From Bacteroidales bacterium (GTDB lineage: Bacteria; Bacteroidota; Bacteroidia; Bacteroidales; ML635J-15), in assembly GCA_017651185.1 (NCBI GenBank), contig JAGCDJ010000031.1, forward strand, positions 4,631 to 68,630: a DNA stretch of 64,000 nt, read 5' to 3'. The notes beneath the pieces are model-generated. The model had not been told where the DNA came from and made no database searches. It worked only from the letters and a program-made list of their open reading frames with translations. Shown here one piece after another: positions 63,824 through 64,000 of the stretch (position 1 is its first letter; each line of letters starts with the position of its first letter). Both the position numbers and the translations under genes were made by a program.

Positions 63824-63897
63824 CTCCCCAGGTAGGACTTGAACCTACGACCCCCTGATTAACAGTCAGGTGCTCTAACCAACTGAGCTACTGAGGA
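63824..63897 (-). tRNA. tRNA-Asn (anticodon GTT)
   Basis: The reverse complement folds as TCCTCAG acceptor stem, GCTC/GAGC D stem, CCTGA-CTGTTAA-TCAGG anticodon arm and GTAGG-TTCAAGT-CCTAC T arm. Confidence 0.9.
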
Positions 63898-63906
63898 AAA
63901 GCGGTG

Positions 63907-63914
63907 CAAAGATA
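63907..63914 (-). promoter_or_regulatory. -7 promoter box (TATCTTTG) for tRNA-Asn
   Basis: Exact TAnnTTTG on the minus strand, 9 nt upstream of the tRNA 5' end. Confidence 0.5.
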
Positions 63915-64000
63915 GTGTAACATTTTTAACTGACAAACATTTTTTTTACTTTTTTTCAAAAAAATCAATTTGTTGAATTGTAGAATGTTATCCTCGCAAG

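Noticed and set aside
1-64000. The window might contain a prophage, ICE, transposon or classical defence island.
   Set aside because: No integrase, transposase, phage structural, restriction-modification, cas, toxin-antitoxin or reverse-transcriptase signatures were recognised in any frame. The tRNA genes are not flanked by direct repeats of their 3' ends.

Overview
This is a 64-kb chromosomal segment from a Bacteroidota, probably Bacteroidales-like, genome. Three things support that call. Exact TAnnTTTG -7 boxes sit 10-50 nt upstream of most transcription-unit starts. There are five type IX secretion (T9SS) cargo genes, three with type-A and two with type-B C-terminal domains. There is also a TonB-dependent receptor/DUF4249 gene pair. 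Most of the window is housekeeping: fabG, panB, an RluA-family pseudouridine synthase, an ABC-F ATPase, two tRNA-Val, ribF, an LptF/G-type permease, ribBA, tmk, tpiA, prmA, rlmB, purH, a LOG-family gene, a COG0523 metallochaperone, a ThrE-family exporter, lplA, cdsA, ftsH, rsfS and tRNA-Asn. Surface and envelope genes lie between these: two tandem paralogous SprB/P-domain adhesins of 1,422 and about 1,554 aa, two T9SS proteins with Listeria-Bacteroides repeats, three consecutive lipoprotein genes, and two GWxTD-domain proteins. I found no integrase, transposase, cas, restriction-modification or reverse-transcriptase gene, so there is no classical mobile or defence island. Four things look most worth following up. 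(1) A free-standing GIY-YIG nuclease ORF sits exactly inside one unit of a 152-bp tandem double-hairpin repeat array and is flanked by a 9-bp direct repeat. (2) A 1,550-aa secreted protein with no domain I recognise overlaps a GWxTD lipoprotein gene, and the pair lies between two ribosome methyltransferase genes. (3) A second GWxTD gene forms a tight operon with a Hanks-type kinase homologue that has lost its catalytic residues, followed by a LOG-family gene. (4) Several families of gene-oriented short-period tandem tracts and nested hairpin elements fill the intergenic spacers. All domain names come from motif recognition by eye; no database search was run.
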